This document shows positions 30,620 to 41,453 of a stretch of 61,361 bases of DNA, in pieces. This stretch comes from an uncultured Clostridia bacterium (GTDB lineage: Bacteria > Bacillota > Clostridia > TANB77 > CAG-508). The notes under the pieces were generated by a model. That model was not told where the DNA came from, searched no databases, and saw nothing but the letters and a program-made list of their open reading frames with translations. Location of the stretch: NCBI GenBank assembly GCA_944387495.1, contig CALXFD010000006.1, positions 1-61,361 of the forward strand, read 5' to 3'. Made by a program: the position numbers and the translations under genes. Positions within the stretch are counted from its first letter, which is position 1; every line of letters starts with the position of its first letter.

Positions 30620-31351
30620 TTAAGTTATAATCCATCCTCCATTTATTGATATTATTTGACCTGTTGTAAAATCATCTTCAATTAGCCATTTTATGCATTT
30701 AGCTATATCTTGTGGTTTTCCTATTCTTTCAAGCGGTGTTTGGTCTATAACATATTTTACTTCATCTTCTGTTAAATCTTTATTCATATCTGTATCAATT
30801 AAACCAGGTGCTATTGAATTAACTTTTATATTTGAAGGTCCAACTTCTTTTGCTAATGATTTCGTTAAAGCATCTAAACCAGCTTTTGTTATTGAATATA
30901 CTATTTCTTGTGAAGCACCTACAATTCCCCATATTGATGATATATTTATTATTCTACCACTTTTATTATGAATCATATTAGGTAAAACTTGTTGGCACAT
31001 GCAAAATGCTGAATATAGATTTGTATTTAACATATCTTCCCAATCTTGTTTTGTAACTTCTGTTATTAATTTATATTGGTCTATTCCTGCATTATTTATT
31101 AATATATCAATTTTATTATATTTTTCCAATGTGTATTTTACTAGACTTTCACATTCTTCTTGCTTTGATACATCTGCTTTAAATATATCTATTAATTTTC
31201 CTTGTTCTTCTAAATCTTTTTTTAATTTTAATGCCTTCTCTTCTGATTTATTATAGTTTGCTATTACTTGTATTCCTTCATTTGCTAACATTTTTGCTAT
31301 TTCTTTTCCTATTCCCCTTGATGCTCCTGTTACTATTGCTACTTTGTTCAT
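30620..31351 (-). CDS. SDR family oxidoreductase (FabG/YmfI-like)
   Basis: TGASRGIG, NNAG, YSITK, VNSIAPG motifs. Confidence 0.88.
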   Translation of the reverse strand: MNKVAIVTGASRGIGKEIAKMLANEGIQVIANYNKSEEKALKLKKDLEEQGKLIDIFKADVSKQEECESLVKYTLEKYNKIDILINNAGIDQYKLITEVTKQDWEDMLNTNLYSAFCMCQQVLPNMIHNKSGRIINISSIWGIVGASQEIVYSITKAGLDALTKSLAKEVGPSNIKVNSIAPGLIDTDMNKDLTEDEVKYVIDQTPLERIGKPQDIAKCIKWLIEDDFTTGQIISINGGWIIT

Positions 31352-31571
31352 TTATCTCATCTCCTATGTTTCTCACTATACAACATTTTTTTTGAAAAAA
31401 CAAGCGAACATTTTAAAAAATTACAACTTTTGGTAATTTAATTGTATATTTTTAATTGATTATAATTTTAAATAGAATAAATTATATTAATACCCATTGT
31501 TTTTTTATTTCTTTTTGGTATAATTATTTGTAGTAATTACTTAACTTTATCATTCACAAACGAGGTAAAAA

Positions 31572-33277
31572 ATGAAAGCTTTTTTTAACAAATATAAATT
31601 TTATATAATTATTTTGCTATCAGCATTGCTCATTTCTATTCCTTTAACTTGGAAGAATTTATATGTTTATTTTGATGATGGCATACAACATATTGCAAGA
31701 GCATATTCGTCTTATTTATCAATAAAACAAGGTGAAAATCCGACTGTTTTATCAAATTTAGCAAATAGTTTTGGATATAGTTGGGATTTATTTTATGGTC
31801 CTTTTTCAACTATTTTAATATTATTTTCTAAACTATTTACTAGTACATTTATTAATGCATATAAATTAGCATCTTTTTTTGGTATTTTACTTTCTCGGTT
31901 TTACAATGTACCTTTTTGTTAGTAAATTATCGAAAAATAAATATGTCGGCACATTATCTGCTGTGCTATATATGACTATGCCATATCATTTAAACGATAT
32001 GTATATTAGAAATTCTATTGGAGAAACTTTAAGTTTTATATTTATTCCATTAGTATTTTTAGGTTTATATAACTTATTTAATAAAGAAAAAAATGACTGG
32101 TTATTATGTATTGGTGCTGTTCGGTTTGATTTTTACACATAATTTAATGACTTTCCTTACCGCTTTTTTTGCTTTTATATATTTATGTGCAAATTTACTT
32201 AAATTAAAAGATAAAGATATTTTAAAGAAATTATTAATAAATATTTTATTAATAATTTGTATAAGTGCTTGCTTTATTTTTCCTTTGCTTGAAACTTTTA
32301 ACTTTACAGATTATCAAGTTTATAGAAAAGGAGCTATGTCAACTAAGGAATCTTTTATTGAAAGTGCATTAGATTTAAAATCTTTGCTATATACTTCCGA
32401 TGATTCTACTCTTGTTTTTGAAATTGGTATTCCTATATTAATTATGCTATTTTTATCTGTTTTTGCTGTAAAAAAAGTGGTAAAAAGTACTTATAAAAAG
32501 GAATATATATTGTTTTTGCTTTTAGGCTTATTATGTAGCTGGATGTCAACTAAGTATTTCCCTTGGAAAATATTTGGTGATGTTTTTGCTATTGTACAAT
32601 TTCCTTGGCGATTTTTAGTTTTTGCTAATTTCTTTTTCGCTATTGTATGTGCATTAAATATGGGAATTATTATAAAGAATTTTAAGTTTATAGATGTTCT
32701 ATTTATTTTTATAATATCTGTTTTATATAGTATATTACTTATGGAATTTATACCTTTGTCTAGCAATACTGTTGAAATAGATAAATGGGATTTAGGTGTT
32801 TTTACAGAAAATAAAACTGATGTATTAAATGGTATGGGAAAAAGTGAATATTTGCCAGTAAAAGCTTATGAAAATAGAGATTATCTTTTAAATAGAAAAG
32901 ATGGTATAGAGATTTTAGAAGGAAATGTAATTATACAAAAACAAGTTAAAAATGGACAAAATTTTGAATGTACAGTTGAAAATTCTAGTGAGCAAACTAT
33001 TTTAGAATTTCCTTATTTATATTATCCTGGATATTGTATATATATAAATGGTACGAGTGTTAATTATTTTGAAAGTGAGCATGGTTTTGTTGCAATTTCT
33101 TTGCCTAATGCAGATACATTTGAAATTAATATTACTTATAAAGGAAGTTTTATAGCTCAACTTTCTAAGTATATTTCTTTAATTGGTGTTTTATTACTTT
33201 TAATTTATATGTTTTTTATAAATTGCAATAGTAGAATTAATAAATTCTTGAAGTTTAAAACTAATATGCATAAATAA
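31572..33277 (+). CDS. Multi-TM GT-C-like (YfhO/PTPS-related) membrane protein; two +1 frameshifts at CGG 31896 and CGG 32122
   Basis: DDGIQHIAR, FGYSWDLFYGP, YMTMPYHL...R..IGE, QFPWRFL, EYLP, PYLYYPGY spread across three track ORFs; removing C31896 and C32122 gives one 567-aa frame. Confidence 0.82.
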
Positions 33278-33305
33278 AAGTGGTAGGTCATGTGATCTAC
33301 CACTT
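33278..33305. terminator. Terminator
   Basis: AAGTGGTAGGTCA-tg-TGATCTACCACTT. Confidence 0.65.
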
Positions 33306-33363
33306 CCATGTACGAAATGTGTTCTTAATAAATTGAAATATTAGTTATTAAGTTGCTTGATGA

Positions 33364-33739
33364 TTAAAGATACTGTGTCTGTACGACAGAACCATAAATC
33401 AAACCGCCATTTGATTCAAATGTAATAGTATATGGTTCACCATTACAATTATTAATCAAATCATAAGTAGCACTACCAACTGTGTTGACAGTGAATGATT
33501 TTGATGGACACTGGTCCCTGAAATGTTAAACCATTCAAAGTATACAGAGTTTCTACATCTCTCGGCATAATTCCTAGATTCGTACTCGAATCATCGGTTG
33601 CTTTCGTTTCCGCAGTTTGAGTAACAGCTTTGTCTGTTGCAGTCGGTTCTGCTGCAAAAGCAGTTGCAGATGTGGCAAAGCACATCATTACAGCTAACAG
33701 CATTGCAAAGGTACGTTTTGGTGATAATAATTTTCTCAT
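33364..33739 (-). pseudogene. Disrupted secreted-protein gene in a higher-GC patch
   Basis: GGAGG RBS, signal peptide (...ATSATAFA|AEP); plausible protein sequence switches frame near 33500 (KSFTVNTVGSATYDLINNCNGEPYTITFESNGGLIYGSVVQTQYL*); visibly higher GC than flanks. Confidence 0.5.
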
Positions 33740-33942
33740 AAATATCCTCCATTCCTTTCCAACACATATCGCACATGTTCTGACTTCTCAATTTTAAAGT
33801 CGGGATTTATTTTAGCATAGCTGGAATTTTTGTCAATGTTTCTAAGAAATTTTTTTAATTTCTTATTATAAGTTATACTATTAAGCATATATTATAAAAA
33901 CACTAAAATAAAATCTAGTGTTTTTCATATCTTATATTAAAA

Positions 33943-34611
33943 TTAAATTTCTGTATATTGTGTAATATCAGGTTCTTTCATATCTTCATCTGATACCTCA
34001 TTAAAAGAATATTCATATGTTATTGTTTGATTATTTATGACATCCTCATATTGAACTGTTAAACCTGTTGCTTTATCTACATAAATTCTTATATCTTTTG
34101 AATTTTCTTTATACTTAAAGTTAGAATTTATGCTACTACTTAAAATATAACATTCATGTCCATTTAAATTACCGGTTGATATTGTTGTAGTTAAGCTATT
34201 ATATAATAAATTTAAAAAATTATCTGCATTTGTATAATTTATTAGTATTGGAGATTCAATACTATCACTATTCTTTTCAATTTCAACAGTTTTTTGATTA
34301 TTATATTCAGTAAATACTTTTCTTTTATCATCATATATATATTGAGTCACTTTTTTATTATCTTCTGATAAGGTTAAAATGTCCTTTTCAACATTATCTT
34401 TATAATATTTTTCAAAAATTATAGTACCATTCGGAGAATTATTATAACTTTTTGAATAGATGTTATCTAGTTGTTGATATTCTGATAATTTATCTTCAAG
34501 TGAAGATATAATAATGATTTTTCTTATGGTTAAAACCAAGAATAAAAGTACTATAATTAGAAATACTATGATTAGTATTTTTTTCCATAATTTAAACTCT
34601 TTTTTTTCCAT
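33943..34611 (-). CDS. Hypothetical membrane-anchored protein (paralog of 34979-35587)
   Basis: N-terminal TM; ECYIL...VDKATGL...YSFNEVSDEDMKEPDITQYT; ATG 34611 after AAAGGGG. Confidence 0.75.
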   Translation of the reverse strand: MEKKEFKLWKKILIIVFLIIVLLFLVLTIRKIIIISSLEDKLSEYQQLDNIYSKSYNNSPNGTIIFEKYYKDNVEKDILTLSEDNKKVTQYIYDDKRKVFTEYNNQKTVEIEKNSDSIESPILINYTNADNFLNLLYNSLTTTISTGNLNGHECYILSSSINSNFKYKENSKDIRIYVDKATGLTVQYEDVINNQTITYEYSFNEVSDEDMKEPDITQYTEI

Positions 34612-34978
34612 ACTATTTACCCCTTTTATATTTATTTTTTGCAAATATATTCTATCATTTTTCATAAGTAATTTCAACATTCTAAAAAATTTTCTGCTAT
34701 TTATCATCACGAAAATAACTTTTAAGAATATATATAAATTAAAAAAATATTTTTAAGTCTCTTTCAGTACATTTATTTAAAAAATTATCTATGAACTTTC
34801 TTATTTTTAAATTCTTTGTTTTACTCTGAAATTTGACGTTTAATTAAATAAAAAATCTATAAGTGTAATTCAAAATTATATAGAAAATACTAATAATGAA
34901 ATTTAATATTAAATAAGAAATTTTATATTGTTATTTATTTATTTTATGTTATAATGAAATAAAAAAAAGGAGGATTTT

Positions 34979-35587
34979 ATGAAACATAAATTTTTACATA
35001 TAATTATAACAATAGTAGTTATATTAATAATTCTATTGCTTATTCTTGCAATTAGTAGATTTTATATCTTATCAAAAATACAGGAAAATAATGAATTTTA
35101 TGAAGCTCAAAATAATTGCTATTACTATTCAGAAACTAATAATGCCATCATGGAATATTGGAGAAAAGACTCAATTATGAAATTAAACATTAAATATCTT
35201 AGCAATAATTCTGATATGACTTTTTGGAAAAATTCAGATACAAATGAGGATTTAATTTTCTATAATTCAAATGAAAAGACATATTCTAATAGTAATGGTG
35301 GTATGATAGAAAGACTACCAATAGGAATAACTTTTACAGAGAATATCGGCACTAGAATTTTGATGGCTATTAATCCTACACTTTATATTGGAAGTAAAGA
35401 ATATAAGGGAATAAACTGTTATTATATAAAACAGTTTGATTATGAAGAGTTTATAGAAAAAGAAACGGGACTAATATTATATAATAATTATGATAATGAT
35501 ATTAGAAAAATAAATTATACATTTAATGAAGTGACAGACGAAGATGTACAAAAGCCAAATATTCAAGAATATACTTATAAAGAGTAA
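34979..35587 (+). CDS. Hypothetical membrane-anchored protein (paralog of 33943-34611)
   Basis: AGGAGG RBS; N-terminal TM; NCYYI...IEKETGL...YTFNEVTDEDVQKPNIQEYT. Confidence 0.8.
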   Translation: MKHKFLHIIITIVVILIILLLILAISRFYILSKIQENNEFYEAQNNCYYYSETNNAIMEYWRKDSIMKLNIKYLSNNSDMTFWKNSDTNEDLIFYNSNEKTYSNSNGGMIERLPIGITFTENIGTRILMAINPTLYIGSKEYKGINCYYIKQFDYEEFIEKETGLILYNNYDNDIRKINYTFNEVTDEDVQKPNIQEYTYKE

Positions 35588-35957
35588 AGGGAATTGCACA
35601 GAAATTCCCTTTTTCCTATATTTGACATAGTTTGAAATGTTAATTAATTGCTATAATAGCAGACTTTTGCATTTTTTTAAGTAATGCCAAAAAGTTTAAA
35701 ATATTTTAAATAAGTAATATCTAACAGAAAAATGTTCAAAAAAAGAAGTCGAAGAAACATTAGGAAAACCAATAGAAAGTTATAATGACAAAGTTGGAAA
35801 TATTTATATCTACTATGCTGGAAAATTGGATACAGGATTGTTTTGGGGAAATTTCATAAAATAAATTAAAATTCCTTTTATGTTCGCTTGTTTTTTATAG
35901 AGCATAAAAAAAAGCCAATCATCAAGAGCTTATCTCAAAACGAATGACCTTTTATAA

Positions 35958-36034
35958 TGGAGCCACTTATCCGATTCGAACGGATGACCCTCGCATTACA
36001 AGTGCGATGCTCTGGCCAACTGAGCTAAAGTGGC
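35958..36034 (-). tRNA. tRNA-Thr (anticodon TGT)
   Basis: Cloverleaf; anticodon arm TCGCA-CTTGTAA-TGCGA; CCA end. Confidence 0.95.
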
Positions 36035-36051
36035 AACTATTTAATTAAATT

Positions 36052-36126
36052 TGGTGACCCCGACGGGAATCGAACCCATGTCTCCGCCGTGAAAGGGCGA
36101 TGTCTTAACCGCTTGACCACGGGGCC
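36052..36126 (-). tRNA. tRNA-Glu (anticodon TTC)
   Basis: Cloverleaf; anticodon arm TCGCC-CTTTCAC-GGCGG; CCA end. Confidence 0.95.
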
Positions 36127-36170
36127 TTAAATACAAAGAACTAAATAACTTTTAAATTATTTAGTTCTTT

Positions 36171-36246
36171 TGGTGAGCTATCCGCGACTCGAACGCGGGA
36201 CAACTTGATTAAAAGTCAAGTGCTCTACCACCTGAGCTAATAGCCC
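36171..36246 (-). tRNA. tRNA-Lys (anticodon TTT)
   Basis: Cloverleaf; anticodon arm CTTGA-CTTTTAA-TCAAG; CCA end; TTGACA-17-TAATAT promoter at 36305-36277. Confidence 0.95.
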
Positions 36247-36349
36247 ATATCTGTGTGACAACCATAATGCTTATTTATATTACAACATTTTTTTTAGTTT
36301 GTCAATAGTTTTATGAAAAAAATGTGAATTTTTTTGAATATTTTTTAAA

Positions 36350-36592
36350 TTTAGCCAATTTATTTTTAGAGTAGTGGGGATATATGTCATATTTTTTAAC
36401 TTTCAAAGTTTTGATTGAAAGTAATTTGAGTTAGAAATTCTTAATAAATTTTATGGAAAGAGTTCAATTTTATATTGGAAGGGTGCCATAAAATTTATTT
36501 AGAATTTCTACGAAAATTAGCTTGAACGATAAACTTTGAAAGTTAAAAAATATGACATATATCCCCACTACTTTAAAAATAAATTGGCTAAA
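36350..36592. repeat. 243-bp long imperfect palindrome
   Basis: Outer arms 36350-36411 / 36531-36592 match 61/62; inner arms 36432-36456 / 36486-36510 match 24/25 about the same centre. Confidence 0.9.
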
Positions 36593-36599
36593 CTTCTTC

Positions 36600-36785
36600 C
36601 TATGCATTTAGTTTTTCTAAAACTTCTTCAACATCTATTCCATGAACATCACATGCTTCTTCTAATGTTTCCATTTGTGAAGCTGGACATCCTATACAAT
36701 GCATACCTACATTTATTAAAATCTCTGCTTTTTCTGGTGCTTTTTCTAATATTTCACCAATTCTTGTATCTTTATTAAATTCCAT
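36600..36785 (-). CDS. DUF1858 domain protein
   Basis: GMHCIGCP...ETLEEACDVHGID motif. Confidence 0.88.
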   Translation of the reverse strand: MEFNKDTRIGEILEKAPEKAEILINVGMHCIGCPASQMETLEEACDVHGIDVEEVLEKLNA

Positions 36786-36885
36786 TATAATTCCTCCTTT
36801 TGCAAAATTTTAACATATTTTTTAAAAAAAGTATAGACAAAATTAAAAAAATATAGTATTATGGTAAAAATTGTAAGGCGGTGAT

Positions 36886-37035
36886 ATTATAAATAACATT
36901 ATCAATTTATTTTTTATTTCTCTTAGTATTAACATTATTATTACTTTATATTCTGTTTATACATATTTTGATATCAAATTTTTTCATAATCAGCAAGGTT
37001 CAAAATTAAAAATCAAAAAAAATTATTTTAACTAA
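36886..37035 (+). CDS. Putative 49-aa single-TM peptide with ATT/ATA start, upstream of the virD4-like gene
   Basis: AGGCGGTGAT RBS then ATT ATA; open frame IINNIINLFFISLSINIIITLYSVYTYFDIKFFHNQQGSKLKIKKNYFN*, whose stop abuts the RBS of the next gene. Confidence 0.4.
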   Translation: MINNIINLFFISLSINIIITLYSVYTYFDIKFFHNQQGSKLKIKKNYFN

Positions 37036-37050
37036 GGAGGCTTTATTTAT

Positions 37051-38748
37051 TTGATTAAACGTTTTATTTTTTCTTTTCTTTTTCTACTCATATGTTCATT
37101 TTTTGCTTTTAAATTATTTTATCCAATCTTCACAGCAGATGAAGTTATTATTACATATGGTATACATCCATTTGATATTTGTTCAAAAAATCCAAAATTA
37201 TGGTATTATATTAAAATAATTTACATTTTTACTTCTATCTTTTCCAATTTAGTTTTTAGTAATTTTATTTATAAAAGATTTATTTCTAAATTTATAATGT
37301 CTAAGTTTTCAAAGTCTAAGAGGCATAAAGAAAGTAATTTAGTACCTTCTAAATCTTCTCTAAATTTATTAATTGGATATGATAAAGAAAATAATATGGA
37401 TATTTATATACCTAAATCTGGATTGTTTCAAAATTTTTTAATTACTGGAACTATTGGCTCTGGTAAAACTTCTAGTGCGATGTATCCATTTACAAGACAA
37501 CTTATGGAATATAATTATAAAAATCCTGATAGTAAAATTGGTATGTTAATTCTAGATGTAAAAGGAAATTTTTATAATCAAGTTAGAGATTATGCTAAAA
37601 AATTTGATTTATTGAATGATTTAATTGTTATAGAGTTAAATTCTAATGTTTATTATAATCCATTACATAAGCCTAATTTAAAACCACAAGTACTTGCTAA
37701 TAGACTAAAAACTATTTTAGAGCTTTTTTCTGAAAATAATTCAGAAAGTTATTGGCTGGATAAGGCTGAACAAATTTTAACAGAATGTATTAAATTGTGT
37801 AGATTCTATAATAATGGATATGTTACTTTTTTAGAACTTCATAAATTAATTACTATTCCAAATTATTATAAAGAAAAAATAAGTATATTAAAAGATTTAT
37901 TTATTTCCTCTAAATTTAATCATCAAGAAATTTATGAATTAAATTCTAGTTTAGATTTTTTTCAAAAAGAATTTCAAAATTTAGATGAAAGAACAAAAGC
38001 GATTTTAATTTCTGAAATTACAAGAATTACAAATACTTTTATTTCAGATTATGATGTAATGTCTACTTTTTGTTCCCCTAAGCAATATTTAACTTTTGAC
38101 GGATTTTCCGAAGTTTTGGAAGATGGAAAAATTGTGGTTTTAAATATGAATATAGCAGAATATAATATGCTTTCTAAAATTGTAGCTGCATATTTAAAAT
38201 TAGATTTTCAAACAGAAGTAATGGCAAATCTATCTAATGGTAAAGAAAAAATTTGTGCTTTTATTTGTGATGAATATGATAAATATGCTACAAAAACAGA
38301 TAGTGAGTTCTTTTCTTTAAGTAGAGAAGCAAAATGTATTAATATTGTTAGTACTCAAAGTTATTCTTCTTTAAAAACTACTTTAAAAGATGAATCTTTT
38401 GTTAAAGTTATTGTTCAAAATTTAATTAATAAAATTTGGTTTCGTACTGATGATTTATTTACTATTGAAGAAGCCCAAAAACAGCTAGGGAGAGAAGAAA
38501 AAGAACGTATCTCAAAAAGTATTTCAGAAAGTGCAAAAGAAACAAGTTTTAGTTATATTACAAATACATTAAACTCTCAAAATTCAAATATCTCTGAAAC
38601 ATATAGCACTTATTTACAAAATGATTTTATTTATGATACTAATTTTTTCACTCAAAATTTGCAAACTTTTACCGCACTTACATTTTTATCAGATGGAAAT
38701 AAGATTTATAAACCATCTAAATTGGAAATGTATCCATATTTTAAATAA
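37051..38748 (+). CDS. VirD4/TraD-like type IV coupling protein
   Basis: Two N-terminal TMs, Walker A GTIGSGKT, LDVKG, YNPL, Walker B ICDEY, SRE...IVSTQSYSSL pattern. Confidence 0.8.
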   Translation: MIKRFIFSFLFLLICSFFAFKLFYPIFTADEVIITYGIHPFDICSKNPKLWYYIKIIYIFTSIFSNLVFSNFIYKRFISKFIMSKFSKSKRHKESNLVPSKSSLNLLIGYDKENNMDIYIPKSGLFQNFLITGTIGSGKTSSAMYPFTRQLMEYNYKNPDSKIGMLILDVKGNFYNQVRDYAKKFDLLNDLIVIELNSNVYYNPLHKPNLKPQVLANRLKTILELFSENNSESYWLDKAEQILTECIKLCRFYNNGYVTFLELHKLITIPNYYKEKISILKDLFISSKFNHQEIYELNSSLDFFQKEFQNLDERTKAILISEITRITNTFISDYDVMSTFCSPKQYLTFDGFSEVLEDGKIVVLNMNIAEYNMLSKIVAAYLKLDFQTEVMANLSNGKEKICAFICDEYDKYATKTDSEFFSLSREAKCINIVSTQSYSSLKTTLKDESFVKVIVQNLINKIWFRTDDLFTIEEAQKQLGREEKERISKSISESAKETSFSYITNTLNSQNSNISETYSTYLQNDFIYDTNFFTQNLQTFTALTFLSDGNKIYKPSKLEMYPYFK

Positions 38749-38763
38749 AGAAAGGATGATTAT

Positions 38764-39093
38764 ATGAAATCTAGTAAGATATTTTATATTTTTTTATTTA
38801 CTTTTATTTTTCTTTTTTTCTTATCTTTTAATAGTTTTTGTTTCGGGGCAGACCCTAAAATAGTTTCTACTATTAATTCTGCTTTTGAAGATATAGAAAG
38901 TTGGATTTTAAAAATCTCTACTCCTGCTGCGGCAGTTGCTGTTGGAACAGGAATATTTATGAAAAAATTTAGTTTTGGTGATGAAGAAAAAATAAGAACA
39001 GGTAAAAAATTAATAAAAGGCTCTTTATTTTCTTATGCTTTTATTTTAGCTATTGATTTAATTCTTGCTGCTATTAAATCATTAGTCGGTTAG
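38764..39093 (+). CDS. VirB2/TrbC-like pilin membrane protein
   Basis: 109 aa, signal peptide plus two hydrophobic helices separated by a charged loop; in operon after the coupling protein. Confidence 0.6.
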   Translation: MKSSKIFYIFLFTFIFLFFLSFNSFCFGADPKIVSTINSAFEDIESWILKISTPAAAVAVGTGIFMKKFSFGDEEKIRTGKKLIKGSLFSYAFILAIDLILAAIKSLVG

Positions 39094-39101
39094 GAGGTAT
39101 T

Positions 39102-39974
39102 TTGGAACAGGCAAATAATATTACTCAAATTATTTTAGATACTATAAATACTATTATTGGTAATTTATTTAGTTCAATAGATAATAATCTTTATTCAGTA
39201 TTAGATAAAATTGCATTTATAAATTCAGACATTTTACATGACAAAAATTTTGAAAATATTTTTGGTTCATCTACTACTAATGGAATTTTACTTATAGCTA
39301 ATTCATTTTTGTTAGGATTTTTAATATATTATTCTATTAAATATCTATTATCACATCTTACTTTTTCACAAGTAGAACATCCATCAGGTTTTATTATGAA
39401 ATTGATTATATTTGGTATTTGTATGAATTTTTCTTTTTTCATTGTAGAAATGTTTATTAATTTAATGTCAAATATATCTACTGCAATTTGTAGCCTAGGT
39501 GAAACTTTATTTAATAAACAAATATGTTTTTCTGAATTAATAAATACAATAAATACTAATATGTCTATTGATATTTCTTCAATTGATATTTTTACCATTG
39601 ATGGTTTGATTAAAGGTATTTTATCTGTTTCATTATTAAGCTTAGTTTTTTCATATTCTTTACGATATATTATGATTAAAGTTTTTGTACTACTATCTCC
39701 TTTTGCCTTTTTATCTCTAAGTCTTACAAATACATCTTGGTTTTTTAAGTCTTGGCTTAAAAATCTATTTTCTTTGCTATTTATTCAAATAATTATTTCA
39801 CTAGTTTTAGTTATTTTATTTTCTATGGATTTTTCATCTTCTAATTTATTTAATAAATTTATTTATGTTGGTGGAATTTATAGTTTAATAAAAGCAAATT
39901 CATTTGTAAGAGAATTTATAGGTGGTGTTTCCACAAGTGTTACACAAAATGTGAAAAGTTTTTTTACTAAATAA
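39102..39974 (+). CDS. VirB6-like polytopic membrane protein
   Basis: ~6 TMs; R...I.V...LSPFAFL......WFFKSWLKNLFSLLFIQ resembles the VirB6/TrbL-type core. Confidence 0.65.
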   Translation: MEQANNITQIILDTINTIIGNLFSSIDNNLYSVLDKIAFINSDILHDKNFENIFGSSTTNGILLIANSFLLGFLIYYSIKYLLSHLTFSQVEHPSGFIMKLIIFGICMNFSFFIVEMFINLMSNISTAICSLGETLFNKQICFSELINTINTNMSIDISSIDIFTIDGLIKGILSVSLLSLVFSYSLRYIMIKVFVLLSPFAFLSLSLTNTSWFFKSWLKNLFSLLFIQIIISLVLVILFSMDFSSSNLFNKFIYVGGIYSLIKANSFVREFIGGVSTSVTQNVKSFFTK

Positions 39975-40101
39975 TTAGTTTATAGGTGTTCTTTTTAAAC
40001 CTAAATTTAAGATAAGGAGTATTTTTTAACATTTATTTTTATTAAATTTATTATTTTTTATTTTATATTTAATTAAAAATATTTATTAATTATATTTTAT
40101 T

Positions 40102-40392
40102 ATGAAATTTATTTTTCCACAAAATTATGATTTTAAAAATAAAATTTTTGGTATTATTGATTATTCAACTGCAATTATTAATGTAATATGGTTTTGTTTA
40201 TTATTAATAATTGTTAATATAATTTTTAATGACCTTAATATTAAAATTTTTTTACTTATTATTTTTTGCTTTCCAGTAATATTATTTAGTTATTCTGGAT
40301 TTAATGGTGAAAATATTGTTTATGTTTTTATTTATATGATTAATTTTATGAAAAAACAAAAAAAATATTTTTACTCGAAGCTAAAATCTTAA
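40102..40392 (+). CDS. PrgI/VirB3-like small membrane protein
   Basis: MKFIFPQNYDFKNKIFG start, two TMs, basic C-terminus; follows the virB6-like gene. Confidence 0.6.
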   Translation: MKFIFPQNYDFKNKIFGIIDYSTAIINVIWFCLLLIIVNIIFNDLNIKIFLLIIFCFPVILFSYSGFNGENIVYVFIYMINFMKKQKKYFYSKLKS

Positions 40393-40469
40393 TAAGAAAT
40401 ATCTTGAATTTTTTGTCTAAAAAAGTTATAATTGAAATTACAAGTTTTATAGAATTGAGGAGATTTATT

Positions 40470-41453
40470 ATGAAGTTAGAACAAAATGAAAAGCCAATAC
40501 TTTTTTCCGAAACATCAATACCAGACATATTTTTTTCTGAACATTTATCTCAATTGCCAGGAGATTATTTAAAAATATATATGTATTTAATTTTTTTGTC
40601 TAAGTATAATAAAGATGTAAAATTAAATGATTTGTCAAAAAAATTAAATCTTCCCTTGAAAACTATAAATGATGGTTTTAAGTTTTTAGAAGAAAATAGT
40701 CTTATTACTAAAAAGACTACTGGATATATAATAAATAATCTACAAGAGCAAACACTTCATAATTTATATACTCCAAATTTAACTATGTCAAAAGAAAAAA
40801 TCCAAAAAACAGCTAAGAATCAATCAAGAATAAAGGCAATTGAACATATAAACAATATGTATTTTCAAGGCATTATGGGGCCTTCTTGGTATAATGACAT
40901 AGATATTTGGTTTAATAAATATAATTTTGATGAACAAGTAATGATTGCTTTATTTGATTATTGTTATAAAAGAAGTGCTTTAAATAGAAATTATGTACAA
41001 GCTGTTGCAGAAGGCTGGAATTCTAATAAAGTAAAAACTTGGAACGATTTGGATAAATATTATGAAAAACAAGAAGTTTTAAATAAATATAAGAAAACTA
41101 TTGCTAAAAAATTAGGAAAATATAATGGACTTACTCAATATGAAGAAGCTTATATTGAAAACTGGGTTCTTAATTATGGATATGATATGGATGTAATAGA
41201 AATTGCATTAAAAAGAACAACATCAAAGCAAAATCCAACTTTTGATTATATCAATTCAGTTATCACAGATTGGCATGATAGAAATTTAAAAACTCCTTCT
41301 GAGATAAATGCTTTTACAGAGCAACGTAAAAAACAAATGAAAGAAGCTAAACAATTAAAAACTACTGTTTCTAAGACAAATTATGAGCAAAGAAAATATG
41401 ATAATTTAGACTTTTTATATGCTAATAATCATATATCTAATAAGGAGGATTAA
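40470..41453 (+). CDS. dnaD: DnaD/DnaB domain replication protein
   Basis: IPDIFF, LKIYMYL, two DnaB_2-like domains (YVQAVAEGW, YINSVITDW); ATG 40470 after GAGGAG. Confidence 0.85.
   Translation: MKLEQNEKPILFSETSIPDIFFSEHLSQLPGDYLKIYMYLIFLSKYNKDVKLNDLSKKLNLPLKTINDGFKFLEENSLITKKTTGYIINNLQEQTLHNLYTPNLTMSKEKIQKTAKNQSRIKAIEHINNMYFQGIMGPSWYNDIDIWFNKYNFDEQVMIALFDYCYKRSALNRNYVQAVAEGWNSNKVKTWNDLDKYYEKQEVLNKYKKTIAKKLGKYNGLTQYEEAYIENWVLNYGYDMDVIEIALKRTTSKQNPTFDYINSVITDWHDRNLKTPSEINAFTEQRKKQMKEAKQLKTTVSKTNYEQRKYDNLDFLYANNHISNKED

Noticed and set aside
35718..35864. Short open frame (...SKKEVEETLGKP...LFWGNFIK*)
   Set aside because: No start codon or RBS and an in-frame stop just upstream; at most a gene remnant.
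35958..36246. Frameshift-suppressor tRNA among the local tRNAs
   Set aside because: All four tRNAs in the window have standard 7-nt anticodon loops (Lys, Thr, Glu, Lys); no Gly or Arg tRNA is present here.
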